Of a DNA stretch of 64,000 nt, positions 34,657-45,591 are shown piece after piece; position 1 is the stretch's first letter, and each line of letters starts with the position of its first letter. The notes beneath the pieces were generated by a model. That model made no database searches, was not told where the DNA came from, and saw nothing but the letters and a program-made list of their open reading frames with translations. The stretch is from an uncultured delta proteobacterium (GTDB lineage: Bacteria; Myxococcota; Myxococcia; Myxococcales; Anaeromyxobacteraceae), in NCBI GenBank assembly GCA_963766715.1, contig CAVYBH010000012.1, forward strand, positions 160,001 through 224,000, in the 5' to 3' direction. Both the position numbers and the translations under genes were made by a program.

Positions 34657-35454
34657 AGACCGTTCGCGTGCTCGTCCCCGTCGGGTTCGGCCTCAACTGC
34701 GAGGACGAGACCGCCCATGCCTTCCGCCTGGTGGGGGCCGAGGTCGACCTCGTCCATCTCACCGATCTCTTCGCCCGCCGCCACCCGCGCCGCATCGCCG
34801 ACTACCAGGTGCTCGCCATGGTGGGCGGCTTCTCCTACGGCGACCACGTCGCCGGCGGGCTGGTGCTCGCCACCCGCATCCGCGCCCACCTGAAGGACGA
34901 CCTGGGCGCCTTCCTGTCCGGCGGGGGCAGGGTGCTCGGCATCTGCAACGGGTTCCAGGCCCTCACCCGGCTCGGGCTCCTGCCCGGACCGGAGGCCGGC
35001 GCGCCGGACTTCACGCCCCGTGCGACGCTCACGAACAACGAGCGGCAGGGGTACCGGGACTGCTGGGTCCGGGTCGCGCCGGATCCCGGGAGCCACTGCG
35101 TCTGGACGAAGGGGCTCTCCGCCGTGGACCTGCCTTCCCGCCACGGCGAGGGGCGGTTCGTCGCCGAGTCGGACGAGGCGCTCCGCCGCCTCGATGCCGG
35201 CGGGCGGCTGCCGCTTCGCTACGTCGACGCGCGAGGGGAAGATCGCGGAGCGCTGGCCGGAGAACCCCAACGGCTCCGCGCTGGGCGTGGCCGGGGTCTG
35301 CGACGCCACCGGGCGCATCCTCGGGCTCATGCCGCACCCGGATGCCTTCCTGTACCCCTGGCATCACCCCGACTGGCCGCGCCGGCGCCGGGAGCTCGAG
35401 GCGATCGAGGCGGGCGGACTCGGGTTCTTCCGGGCGGGCGTGGAGGGAGTCTGA
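34653..35454 (+). CDS. purQ: FGAM synthase glutaminase subunit (frameshift ~35238)
   Basis: GFGLNCEDET, GGFSYGD, GICNGFQ, HGEGRF, NPNGS, GLMPHPD. Confidence 0.93.
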
Positions 35455-36729
35455 TGGGCGGCCGGGGGCGACTCCTGCTGCTCGTGCCCACGCAGAGCTA
35501 CCGCGCCGAGGACTTCCAGGCCGCGGCGGCCCGGCTCGGCGTCGAGGTGGTGGTGGGCACGGACCGGTGCCATCGCATCGAGGACGCGTTCGGGCCGAGC
35601 GAGGGGTTGCTGTCGCTCGACTACCGGAAGCCGGAGGCGGCGGCCGAGGAGATCGGCCGCGAGGCCGCCGCGCGCGAGATCGCCGGCATCGTCCCCGTCG
35701 ACGACGGGACCGCGGTGATCGCGGCGCTCGCCGCCGAACGGCTCGGACTGCCGCGCAACCCGCCCGCCGCGGCCCGGCGAACGGCCAACAAGCTCTCCCA
35801 GCGGCAGGCGCTCCAGGCTGCCGGGGTCCCGGTGCCGCGCTTCCAGGCCTTCCCGCTCGCCGGAGGCCCGGACGGCCCGGCCGCCGGCGTCGGGTATCCC
35901 TGCGTCCTGAAGCCCCTCGGCCTGTCGGCCAGCCGGGGCGTCATCCGCGCCGACGACCCGTCCTCCTTCCGGGAGGCCTGGACGCGCATCGTCGCCATCC
36001 TCGCCTCGGCCCGCAGCGAGCGAAAGGCCCGGGAGGAGGGGGCCGGAAGCCAGCTCCTCGTCGAGGACTTCGTGCCCGGGCCCGAGGTCGCGCTGGAGGG
36101 GCTCCTGCGGGGCGGCCGCCTCGAGGTGCTGGCCCTCTTCGACAAGCCCGACCCGCTCGACGGGCCGTTCTTCGAGGAGACGATCTACGTGACGCCGTCC
36201 CGCCATCCCGCCGCGGCGCAGGCCGAGGTCGAGCGGGTCATCGGCGCGGCCGCGGAGGCGCTGGGACTCCGCGAGGGGCCGGTTCACGCCGAGGCCAGGC
36301 TGGGTCCTTCGGGTCCGGTGGTGCTGGAGGTGGCGGCCCGGACCATCGGCGGGCTCTGCGCGCGGGCGCTCCGCTTCGGGACCGGCGCGTCCCTCGAGGA
36401 GCTGGTGGTCGCGCACGCCATGGGGCTGCCGCTGGCCTCGGTCCGCAGGGAGTCGCAGGCCTCGGGCGTGATGATGCTCCCCATCCCGAGGCGCGGCGTC
36501 CTCCACGGGGTGGCCGGCGTCGCCGCGGCCCGGGAGGTGGCCGGGGTCGAAGGACGTGGTGATCACCGTCCCGGAGGGGCGCGAGGTGGTGCCCCTGCCG
36601 GAGGGGGACGCCTACCTGGGCTTCCTCTTCGCGCGCGGCAAGACGCCCGAGGGGGTGGAGTCCGCGCTGCGCGAGGCCCACCGGAGGCTGTCGTTCGACA
36701 TCCGGGCGCCGCTCCCCACGATCGGCTAG
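35454..36729 (+). CDS. ATP-grasp ligase (L-amino-acid-ligase-like; frameshift ~36550)
   Basis: NKLSQRQAL, YPCVLKPLGLSASRGVIRAD, LVEDFVPGPEVALEG, HAEAR, LEVAARTIGG; YLGFLFARG in the next frame. Confidence 0.88.
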
Positions 36730-36739
36730 GGCCGGCGCG

Positions 36740-38155
36740 TCACTTCGGGTCGAGCGGGGCCACCTGCCCCGCGGTGGGCTCCGCTCAACAGAACCAGTTC
36801 TCGGTGAGCCGGGGCGTCCCGGCCGTGGAGAACGGGCGGGCCACGTGGGAGTGGGTCCGGCCGGCGGCCGCGAGCGCGAGCGCCTTCACCCGGGCCATCG
36901 TCGCCTGCGCATCCTCCCCCCGCGTGGCCGCGGCGTCCACGACGGCGGCGACGCGGGACTGGAGCGCGTCCATCCGCGGATCGGGGTGGCGCCAGCGCCA
37001 GCTGAGCGCCGCCTCGTCGAGCTCCTCGAGCCGCAGCCCGGGGTCGTCGAGGAGCAGCGACCCCGGAGGAACGAGGAGGCGCAGCGAGAGCTGGACCGGG
37101 TCGATCCGCTCCAGCCAGCCCTGCTGCTCGAAGGTCTCGAGGACGTCGAGGTAGCCCTCCAGCGTCTCCCAGGGGGTGAAGGGCACCAGGGTGGGCCGGA
37201 GCGGCAGTCCGGCCCGGTCGCACAGCTCGAAGGCCCGGAAGACGTCGTGGCGGGTGTGACCCTTCGCGAGCCTGGCCAGCACGAGGTCGGAGAGCGACTC
37301 GACGGCGGTGACCGCGAAGGCGGCTCCGGAGGCGACGAGCTCCGGGAGCACGTCCTCGTCCCGGACGAGGTGCTCCACCTTGGCGGTGAAGTCGAAGGTG
37401 AGGGCCGGGAAGCGCCGGTGGAGCTCGCGTGCGATCCGGAGCGCGTGGACCGGCCCGTTCAGGAAGTCGGGGTCGCCGAAGGTGACGTGGGTGACGCCGG
37501 CGCTGACCTGCTGCTCCACGTCGGCGAGCACCGTCTCCGCGGGGACGGCGAAGAAGCGCCCGTCGTACACCGCCGGGATGGGGCAATGGCGGCAGCGGTG
37601 CAGGCAGCCGCGGGTCGTCTCGGCGTAGCCGGCCAGCCGCTCCCGGCCGTCCGGCTCGCGCAGGCGGGCATAGCGCTCGGGAGCGGGCAGGCCCTCCCGC
37701 CGGGGGACCGGAAAGTCGAGCCGCCGGAGCGAGGCGGCGCTCCCGCCGCGCTGGACGAAGCGGGAGAGATCGTCTCCCCGCTCGAGCGCCCCGGCGAGCG
37801 CCACCAGCTCCTCCTCGCACTCCCCGCCGAGCACCGCCGACGCGCCGGCCTCGAGCAGGAGGGGAGCGTGGAGCGGAGCGTACGTTCCGTGAAAGGCGAG
37901 GACCGCGCCGGGATGGAGGGCCCGGATGCGAGCGGCGGCGTCCAGGCCGAGCCGCAGCGCGGTGTGCATGGGGACGGAGACGGCGACCAGCCGGGCCCGG
38001 CGCACCCGTCCGGCGTCGAGCGGCTCCACGGCCAGGTCGAGCGTGGAGGGGCGAAACCCGGCGCGCGACAGGAACGCCAACGGGACCGCGATGCCCTGCG
38101 GCTGGTGACCCAGCTCGTAGGTGGAGACGAGGAGGATCTCTCCCTCGCCCCGCAT
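36740..38155 (-). CDS. CUAEP-tail radical SAM selenoprotein (Sec encoded by TGA at 36787-36785)
   Basis: RGCLHRCRHC CxxxCxxC motif, N-terminal cobalamin-binding-like domain; C-terminus reads WF-C-TGA-AEPTAGQVAPLDPK-TGA. Confidence 0.9.
36754..36772 (-). promoter_or_regulatory. Bacterial SECIS-like hairpin
   Basis: GCGGGGC-AGGTG-GCCCCGC, a perfect 7-bp stem starting 12 nt after the in-frame TGA, with G early in the apical loop. Confidence 0.75.
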
Positions 38156-38162
38156 GACCGGC

Positions 38163-38441
38163 CTAGCCCTTGCGAGGAGGCGGGACGTAGTCCGGCGGGA
38201 GCTGGGCGCCCGCGCCGAAGAAGAACTGCTCCGCCTGCTGGAAGAGGATCTGGTTCGTCTTCGGGTCGCCCGGGGCGAGGCGGTACTCGTTCAGGATCAT
38301 CTTGAAGTGCTCGAGCCACATCTTCCAGGCCTCCTGGGAGATGGAGTCGAAGATGCGCTGGCCGAGCTCGTTCGGGAAGGGCTTGAAGGCCATTCCCGGG
38401 AGTTCCTTTCCGAGCTTCTTGCAGTGGACCGTACGAGCCAT
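38163..38441 (-). CDS. yggX: Fe(II)-trafficking / oxidative damage protection protein
   Basis: [50 protein letters not shown]. Confidence 0.93.
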   Translation of the reverse strand: MARTVHCKKLGKELPGMAFKPFPNELGQRIFDSISQEAWKMWLEHFKMILNEYRLAPGDPKTNQILFQQAEQFFFGAGAQLPPDYVPPPRKG

Positions 38442-38532
38442 CGGGGGAGCTCTCCTGTGGGCGAGGAAGAGGAGATAAGCGAGACGCCCGCCGCTTGCAC
38501 GACGGGCGCCGCGGGTCCTGCCTGGAAGCCGG

Positions 38533-38766
38533 TCAGGAGATGAGCGAGGCGGGGCTCACGCCGAGCGCCTTGGAAAGCGACTCGAGGGTGTCGAGGGGCG
38601 GCGTGCGCTGCCCGCGCTCCAGCATCGAGATGTAGGACACGGAGAGGCCGGCCTTGCCGGCCAGGGTCTCCTGGGACAGCTTCCGGCGCAGTCGCTCGGA
38701 CTTGAGGTTGGCGGCGAACTTGTCGGAGAGCGATGCGCTGCGGCGGTTCTTGGAGGGATTTGCCAT
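38533..38766 (-). CDS. XRE family HTH regulator
   Basis: [32 protein letters not shown]. Confidence 0.88.
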   Translation of the reverse strand: MANPSKNRRSASLSDKFAANLKSERLRRKLSQETLAGKAGLSVSYISMLERGQRTPPLDTLESLSKALGVSPASLIS

Positions 38767-38869
38767 GGCCTGTCTGTACCTGGGAGTCTTTCCGGAAGAG
38801 TGAGTGGATACGCGGTTTTCTAACATCGCCTTCACCCCGGGGCGAGAAAAACGGATAGCCCGAACGGGG

Positions 38870-40085
38870 CTACCCGGACGGAGCGCGAACCAGGATGGCG
38901 TCCACCATCTGTCCGCGGCGAATCCGCGCCGGTCCGGCGGGCAGGACGGCCAGCGCGTCGACCCCCACCACCGACGTGAGGTGACCGCTCTGCTGCGTCC
39001 GCAGCGGGTCTACCCAGAGTGAACCGGCCTCGCGGCGGACCTTGCACCGCAGGAAGACGGTGAGCTCGGGGGGCTTCTCCTCGGCCTCCCCGAGGCGCGC
39101 CCGCAGGAGCATGCGACCGCTTCCCTGGAGTCCGGCCAGCGCCCGGAGCGCGGGGCGGACGAAGAGCTCGAAGGTGACGAGCGAGCTGGCCGGGTTGCCG
39201 GGCAGCCCGAAGACGGCCATCGTTCCCCAGCGTCCGAAGGCCACCGGCTTGCCCGGACGCATGGCCACGCGCCAGAAGTCGAGGCGGGCGCCGGAGCCGG
39301 CGAGCCCGGCCCGCACCAGGTCGCGGTCGCCGACCGAGACCCCGCCGATGGAGACGAGCGCATCGAGCCCGCGCGCCGCGGCGAGCGAGCGGCGCAGCGA
39401 GGCCCGATCGTCGCCGGCGAGCGGGAGGCGGAAGGGAACCGCCCCGGCCTCGACGCAGGCGGCGGCGAGCTGGTGGCCGTTCGACTCGAAGATCTGCCCC
39501 GGGCCCGGCACGGACCCCAGGGGGACGATCTCGTCGCCCGTGGCGAGGATGCCCACGCGGGGCCTGCGCCGCACCGCGAGCTCGGAGCGCCCGAGCGCCG
39601 CGGCGAGCCCGATGGCGCCCGCGTCCACCTCGAGGCCGGCCCGGAGCGCGACGCTCCCCGGCGCGACGTCGGCCCCCGCCGGACGGACGTAGCGCCCCGC
39701 GATGCCCGGCCGCCGGAAGCGCGCCACGCCGCCCTTCCGGGAGACCTCCTCCTGCATCTCCACGCAGTCGGCGCCCGGGGGCAAGCGGCGCGCCGGTGAA
39801 GATGCGCGCGCACGACCCTGGCGGGAGCACGCGACCGCGGTCGTCCCCGGCGAAGACCTCGAAGGCCACCGGGAGGCGCGCCCCGGCGCGCGGCGCGTCG
39901 ACGGCTCGAAGCGCGTACCCGTCCATCTGCGAGTTGTCGAAGGGCGGGAGCGGCCGCTCGGCCCGGACGTCCTCGGCGAGGGCTCGCCCCAGGGCATCCG
40001 AGAGGGGCACCCGCTCGGCCGGGAGGGGGGCGACGGCGTCGAGAGAGCCGAGGATGCGCTGCAGGGCTTCGGTGGGCGAGAGCAC
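38870..40085 (-). CDS. moeA: Molybdopterin molybdotransferase (frameshift ~39785)
   Basis: PPFDNSQMDGYA, RIFTGAP, PGADCVEMQE, ATGDEI, GGVSVGD, MRPGKP, GLPGNP. Confidence 0.93.
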
Positions 40086-40130
40086 CCACCGGTTCTAGCG
40101 GGCCGGACGCGTCCGTGACAACATCCGCGC

Positions 40131-42525
40131 ATGCCCCAACGCCCTCTTCCCGACGTGCGACCCGAGGCGCTGCTCGCCGAGTTGCGCCTCGCCGGAGGGC
40201 GGGCCCTCTCGCTCCCCGACCTGCTCCAGCGCGCCCACCTGCACCCGCGTAGCCTGCGGGACGCGAAGAAGGTGATGAAGAAGCTGGTCCGGGACGGGAC
40301 GGTGCAGGAGGCCGGGAGCCGGTTCGTGCTGGCCTCCGCGGCGACTCCGGGGTCCGGATCGGGGCCTCGCGGGCGCCGCGAGCGGGGAGGGCGCGAGGGC
40401 GCGCCGGCCCCAGGGTGCGGATCGCCGCGTCCTGCAGGGCGGCAAGGGGCTCGTCGGGCTCTACACCCGGCACCGCGACGGCTTCGGCTTCCTGGCCCGG
40501 CTCGATCGGCAGGGGCCCGACCTCTTCGTCGCTCCCGGCGACGGGGGCAAGGCGGTGGACGGCGACGTCGTCCGCTTCGAGATCTTCCCCGGCCGCCGCG
40601 GCGAGCAGGGGCGGGTCACCGAGGTGCTGGAGCGCGGGCGGCGGATGCTGCTCGGCGCCTACGCGGCGCGCGGGCAGGACAGCTTCGTCGTCCCCCTCGA
40701 CGAGCAGCTTCCGCCCACCGTGCCGGTTCCGGAGACGCGGCTCGTCAAGAACGGCGAGGTCGCGAAGGTCTGGCTCGACGCCGGCCAGGGGCCTCTCGCC
40801 GGGCGCGTGGTCGACCGCATCCCGAACCCGCAGGCGCCCTCGGTCGAGGTGCTCCGCGCGGCCTACGCCCACGGCTTCGCCGACGTCTTCCCGGAGGACG
40901 TCCTCGCCGAGGCGGAGGCCACGCCCGACCGGGTGCGGAAGGAGGACTGGGAGGGGCGGCGCGACCTCACCGGGATCCCGCTCGTCACCATCGACGGGGA
41001 GGATGCGCGCGACTTCGACGACGCGGTCTTCGTCGAGAAGCTCCCCGGCCGCGGCTACCGGCTGGTCGTGGCCATCGCCGACGTGTCGCACTACGTCCGC
41101 CCGGGCCGCCCCCTCGACGCAGAGGCCCTGCGCCGCGGGACCAGCGTGTACTTCCCGGGCACCGTGCTGCCCATGCTCCCGGAGCGGCTCTCGAACGGCG
41201 TCTGCTCGCTCAACCCGGAGGTCGAGCGGCTCTGCATGGTCGCCGACATGCGCTTCGACGCCGCCGGGACCCCCGGCATGGTCGAGGTCTATCCGGCGGT
41301 GATGCGGTCCGTCGCGCGCTGCACCTACACCGAGGTGGCGCGCATGCTCGACGGGGAGCGCGTCCCGCACCGCGAGTTCCTGCGGGACGACTTCGTCCGC
41401 ATGGGCGAGCTGCAGGAGATCCTGGGCGGCGTCCGCCGCCGGCGCGGCTCCATCGACTTCGATCTCCCCGAGTCGAAGATCGTCCTCGGCGAGGACGGCA
41501 AGGTGCTCGCCATCGAGCGGCGCCCGCGCAACCGCGCCCACCGCGTCGTCGAGGAGTTCATGCTCGCCGCCAACGAGGCCGTGGCCCGCTGGTTCGGGGA
41601 GCGCGACCTGCCCACCATCTACCGGGTCCACGGGCTGCCCGACGAGGACAAGCTCCAGACCTTCCTCGACCTGGCGCAGGCCCAGGGGTTCGAGGTGCCG
41701 GAGGTCGGCGCCGGGCCGCTGGCGCTCGCCAACCTGCTCGACCGGCTGGCCGGCCATCCCCAGCAGCGCGCCCTCAACCAGCTCCTGCTGCGGGCCATGA
41801 TGCAGGCGGTCTACAGCCCGGAGAACATCGGCCACTACGGCCTGGCCGCGGTCCACTACCTGCACTTCACCTCGCCCATCCGGCGCTACCCCGACCTGGT
41901 CGTCCACCGGCTGCTCCGCGACGCGCTCGGCGAGGATCCCGCCCGCCGCCCGCGGGCGGGCGAGCTGGAGCGCATCGCCATGGTCGCCTCCGACCGGGAG
42001 CGCGCCGCCATGAAGTCCGAGCGGGACGTGAACGCCTACTACGCCACGCTCTTCATGGCCGATCGGATCGGCGAGCGCAGCCCGGGCACCGTCTCGGCGG
42101 TCGTGGAGTTCGGCATCTTCGTCTCCATGCACCGCTGGTTCGTCGAGGGGCTCGTGAAGACCGAGGACCTCGGCGACGGGTTCGTCTTCGACAAGGACGG
42201 TCACGCGCTGGTCGAGAAGCACAGCGGGCGAGCCTACCGGGTGGGAGACGAGATCGAGGTCCAGGTCTCGGCTGCCGAGCCGGCCCGTCGCCGGATCGAT
42301 CTCCTGCTCGTCGAGGGCGGCGAGACCCGGGAGGCCGTGCCGGCCCGGAACCTCGGGAAGCGGCTCCTGCAGGAGAAGGCGCGGCGCGGCCGCGGGGAGG
42401 GGTCCGGCAAGCAGTCCCGTCCGGCGAAGCCGGGCAAGGGCGGCAAGCCGGGCAAGCGGGACGCCTCCGGAGGCAAGCCGCGGAATGGCGGGAAGGCCCA
42501 GCGGTCGAAGAAGCGCCGGCGGTAG
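40131..42525 (+). CDS. rnr: Ribonuclease R (frameshift(s) ~40340-40440)
   Basis: HRDGFGF, TIDGEDARDFDDA, AIADVSHYV, EEFMLAANEAVA, HFTSPIRRYPDL, S1 domain, basic tail. Confidence 0.93.
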
Positions 42526-42534
42526 CGGCCGGGC

Positions 42535-42861
42535 CTAGGACGCGGACGGCGGAGGCTTCTCGCCCCTGCAGGCGCGGACGAAGCGGCGGGTGCGCTCGAT
42601 CCCCGCGGCCAGGGTCGGATGGCGCTCCAGCGGGCGTCCGGCCGCCGCCGGGATCGGGGCCGCGGCCGACGGGTCCTCGGTGTCCCAGGCCATGACGAGC
42701 CCGGCCGAGTCGAGGGCGGCGAAGAACGGCTCCCATCCGGTCCGCCCCGCGTTCTCGCCCTCGTCCACCAGGCGCGGGGCGCCGTCCACCAGGGCGGGCG
42801 AGAGGTGGTGGAATCCTGCGAACGAAAGAACCTCGCCGCGGTCGTGCGTCGCCACCTTCAT
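42535..42861 (-). CDS. Hypothetical protein
   Basis: AGGAGG SD before ATG, 108-aa ORF (GWEPFFAALD). Confidence 0.55.
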   Translation of the reverse strand: MKVATHDRGEVLSFAGFHHLSPALVDGAPRLVDEGENAGRTGWEPFFAALDSAGLVMAWDTEDPSAAAPIPAAAGRPLERHPTLAAGIERTRRFVRACRGEKPPPSAS

Positions 42862-42937
42862 GGTCGGGCCTCCTGCGACGGACTCTACCGTCGCCTCCGG
42901 TGGCGCACCAGCGCCCCGGCCAGGGTAGGATGTCGCC

Positions 42938-43696
42938 GTGCACGAGCATCCGTGGCTCCTTCTCGCCGTGGCCGCCTTCGGCGCCGGGGTGGTCAACGCC
43001 ATCGCCGGCGGTGGATCGCTCCTCTCCTTCCCCGCCCTGCTCTTCGTCGGCGTGCCGCCGGTGGCGGCGAACGCCACGAACACCGTGGCCATCTGGCCGG
43101 GCACCGTCTCCTCCACCTGGGCCTACCGCAAGCTGATCGGGGAGGAGAGGAAGCGCGCGCTCATCCTGTCCCTGCCGTCGCTCGCGGGCGGCCTGGCCGG
43201 CTCGATCCTGCTCCTCCACACCCCGGAGAAGGCCTTCAAGGCGGTGGTTCCCTGGCTCATCCTCTTCGCGGCCGGGCTCCTGTCGCTGCAGGGGCCCGTC
43301 TCCCGCTGGGTGGCGAGGAAGCTTCCGATGGCCGGCGATCGGGTCCCCCCGCCGCTCTGGGTGGCCCAGTTCCTCATCTCGCTCTACGGCGGCTACTTCG
43401 GCGCGGGGATCGGCATCCTCATGCTGGCGGCCATGGCCATCTTCCTGCCCGACACGCTCCAGCACGCCAACGCCCTCAAGGTGCTCTTCTCCCTGCTGAT
43501 CAACGGGATCGCCGCCCTGTACTTCCTCTTCGCGGGCGCCGTGCACCTTCCGGAGGCCGGGCTCATGGCCGTGGCGAGCGTGCTGGGCGGGTGGGTGGGT
43601 GCCCACGTCGCCCAGCGGCTGCCGGCCTGGCTGCTCCGCTACTCGGTGATCGCCTTCGCGGTGGTGGTGGCCGCGAAGCTCCTGCGGGACGGGTAG
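42938..43696 (+). CDS. TauE/SafE family sulfite exporter
   Basis: NAIAGGGSLLSFP, ANATN, YGGYFGAGIG, ANALK. Confidence 0.9.
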   Translation: MHEHPWLLLAVAAFGAGVVNAIAGGGSLLSFPALLFVGVPPVAANATNTVAIWPGTVSSTWAYRKLIGEERKRALILSLPSLAGGLAGSILLLHTPEKAFKAVVPWLILFAAGLLSLQGPVSRWVARKLPMAGDRVPPPLWVAQFLISLYGGYFGAGIGILMLAAMAIFLPDTLQHANALKVLFSLLINGIAALYFLFAGAVHLPEAGLMAVASVLGGWVGAHVAQRLPAWLLRYSVIAFAVVVAAKLLRDG

Positions 43697-43699
43697 GGG

Positions 43700-44143
43700 C
43701 TACTTCCCGAAGGCCTTGGCGAAGCCGATGAGGGCCTCGAGCGCGTTGGTGGTGGTCAGGATGCCCACCAGCTTCTCGCCCTCGTCCACCACCACGACGC
43801 CGTTCAGCTTGCGATCGTGGAGGAGCTGCGCCACGTCGGCGATGTCGTCGTCGGGGTGAACCTTGTGCGGCTTCGGGTTCATGGCCGCCGTCACCGGCGT
43901 GCGCGCGAGCAGGTAGTGCACCTCCCAGGTGTCGAGGCTGGTGGCCTTGCTGGGGGTGAAATCCTTGAGCATCTTCTCGGTGACCACGCCGACGAGCTTG
44001 CCGTCGTGCATCACCGGCAGGCGCCGGATGTTCTTCTCCTTGAGCTTGTGGATCGCCTCCACGATGCTCGCGGAATCCTCGATGGTCATGGGGCTCGGCG
44101 TCATCCAGCGCCGGACCTTGGTCATGCTCGGGTCGGTGGACAT
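43700..44143 (-). CDS. CBS-domain protein (AcuB-like)
   Basis: Two CBS repeats; IRRLPV, PSKATSLDTWEVHYLL. Confidence 0.88.
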   Translation of the reverse strand: MSTDPSMTKVRRWMTPSPMTIEDSASIVEAIHKLKEKNIRRLPVMHDGKLVGVVTEKMLKDFTPSKATSLDTWEVHYLLARTPVTAAMNPKPHKVHPDDDIADVAQLLHDRKLNGVVVVDEGEKLVGILTTTNALEALIGFAKAFGK

Positions 44144-44150
44144 GGTTCGA

Positions 44151-44855
44151 TCAGGCTCCCAGGAACGCCTTCTTGACGTGCTCGTTGACCAGCAGTGCCT
44201 CTCCGGTCCCGGAGAGTACCACCCTTCCGGTCTCGAGGACGTAGGCCCGATGGGAGATGCGGAGGGACTGGAAGACGTTCTGCTCGACCAGGAGGATGGT
44301 GATCCCCTGGCGGTTGATCTCCTTGATGATCTCGAAGATGTTCTTCACGAATAGTGGGGAGAGCCCCAGCGACGGCTCGTCGAGGAGCAGCAGGCGGGGG
44401 TTCGTCATGAGCCCGCGCCCGATGGCCAGCATCTGCTGCTCGCCACCCGACAGGGTACCCCCCAGCTGCTTCTGGCGCTCGGCCAGCCGCGGGAAGAGCG
44501 TGAAGGCCCGCTCGAGGTTCCGCTGCCGGTCCGGTCGGGTCGCCTTCACGAAGGAGCCCATCCGGAGGTTCTCGAGGACGGTCATCTCCGGGAAGATGCG
44601 TCGCCCTTCCGGGACCTGGACAATCCCCATCTCGACCACCTGGTGGGACTCCAGCTTCTCGAGGTCCTTGCCCTCGAAGGTGATCGTCCCCCGGGTGGGA
44701 CGGACCAGGCGGGAGACGTTCCGGAGGGTGGTGGACTTGCCGGCGCCGTTGGCTCCCAGCACGGTGACGATCTCCCCCTGGTTCACCTGGAGCGAGACGC
44801 CCCAGAGGACCTGGAGGTCGCCGTAGCTGAAGTCGAGGTTCTCGATCCGGAGCAC
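44151..44855 (-). CDS. livF: Branched-chain amino acid ABC transporter ATP-binding protein
   Basis: GANGAGKST, VPEGRRIF, LSGGEQQMLAIGR, LDEPSLGL. Confidence 0.93.
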   Translation of the reverse strand: MLRIENLDFSYGDLQVLWGVSLQVNQGEIVTVLGANGAGKSTTLRNVSRLVRPTRGTITFEGKDLEKLESHQVVEMGIVQVPEGRRIFPEMTVLENLRMGSFVKATRPDRQRNLERAFTLFPRLAERQKQLGGTLSGGEQQMLAIGRGLMTNPRLLLLDEPSLGLSPLFVKNIFEIIKEINRQGITILLVEQNVFQSLRISHRAYVLETGRVVLSGTGEALLVNEHVKKAFLGA

Positions 44856-44868
44856 GCGGTCCCCTCGT

Positions 44869-45591
44869 TCAGGCCTGGGCCTCGCCCAGGTAGGCGGTGA
44901 TCACGTCGGGGTTCGAGACGATCTCCTGGGGGGCGCCCTCGGCCAGCATCTCGCCCGAGTTGAGCACCACGATGCGATCCGAGATCCGCATGATGGCCTT
45001 CATGTCGTGCTCGATGACCATCTGCGTGAGCCCTCGCTTCTTGATGTCGAGGATGAGCTGGATGATCTCCTCGCTCTCGGTGGGGTTGAGGCCGCCCATG
45101 ACCTCGTCGAGGAGCAGGAGGGAGGGGCGGGTGGCGAGCACCCGCGCCACCTCCAGCTTCTTCCGCTCGCCGATGGGGAGGCCGCCGGCCAGGAAGTCGG
45201 CCTTGTGGGCCATCTTCACGACCTGCAACTGCTCCCGGGCGATCTCCCGGGCCTCGCGCACCGAGCGGGTCCGGACGAGCGCGCCCACCACGACGTTGTC
45301 GAGCACGGTGAGCTTCGCGAGCGGACGGACCTTTTGCCAGGTCCGGACCATGCCCCGCTTGCAGACGCGGTCGGGCGTCATCCCGTGCAGGCTCTCCTGC
45401 CGGAAGAGGATCTCGCCCTTGGACGGCGGGTAGTAGCCGGTGATGCAGTTGAAGAGGGTGGTCTTCCCGGCGCCGTTGGGGCCGATGAGCCCCATGATCA
45501 TCCCCTCCTCCATCGAGAAGGAGACGTCGGAGTTGGCGGCCAGCCCTCCGAAGAACTTGCTGACGTGCCGGATCTCCAGGATGGCGCTCAT
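44869..45591 (-). CDS. livG: Branched-chain amino acid ABC transporter ATP-binding protein
   Basis: FGGLAAN, GPNGAGKTT, LLLDE, IEHDM, VITAYLG. Confidence 0.92.
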   Translation of the reverse strand: MSAILEIRHVSKFFGGLAANSDVSFSMEEGMIMGLIGPNGAGKTTLFNCITGYYPPSKGEILFRQESLHGMTPDRVCKRGMVRTWQKVRPLAKLTVLDNVVVGALVRTRSVREAREIAREQLQVVKMAHKADFLAGGLPIGERKKLEVARVLATRPSLLLLDEVMGGLNPTESEEIIQLILDIKKRGLTQMVIEHDMKAIMRISDRIVVLNSGEMLAEGAPQEIVSNPDVITAYLGEAQA

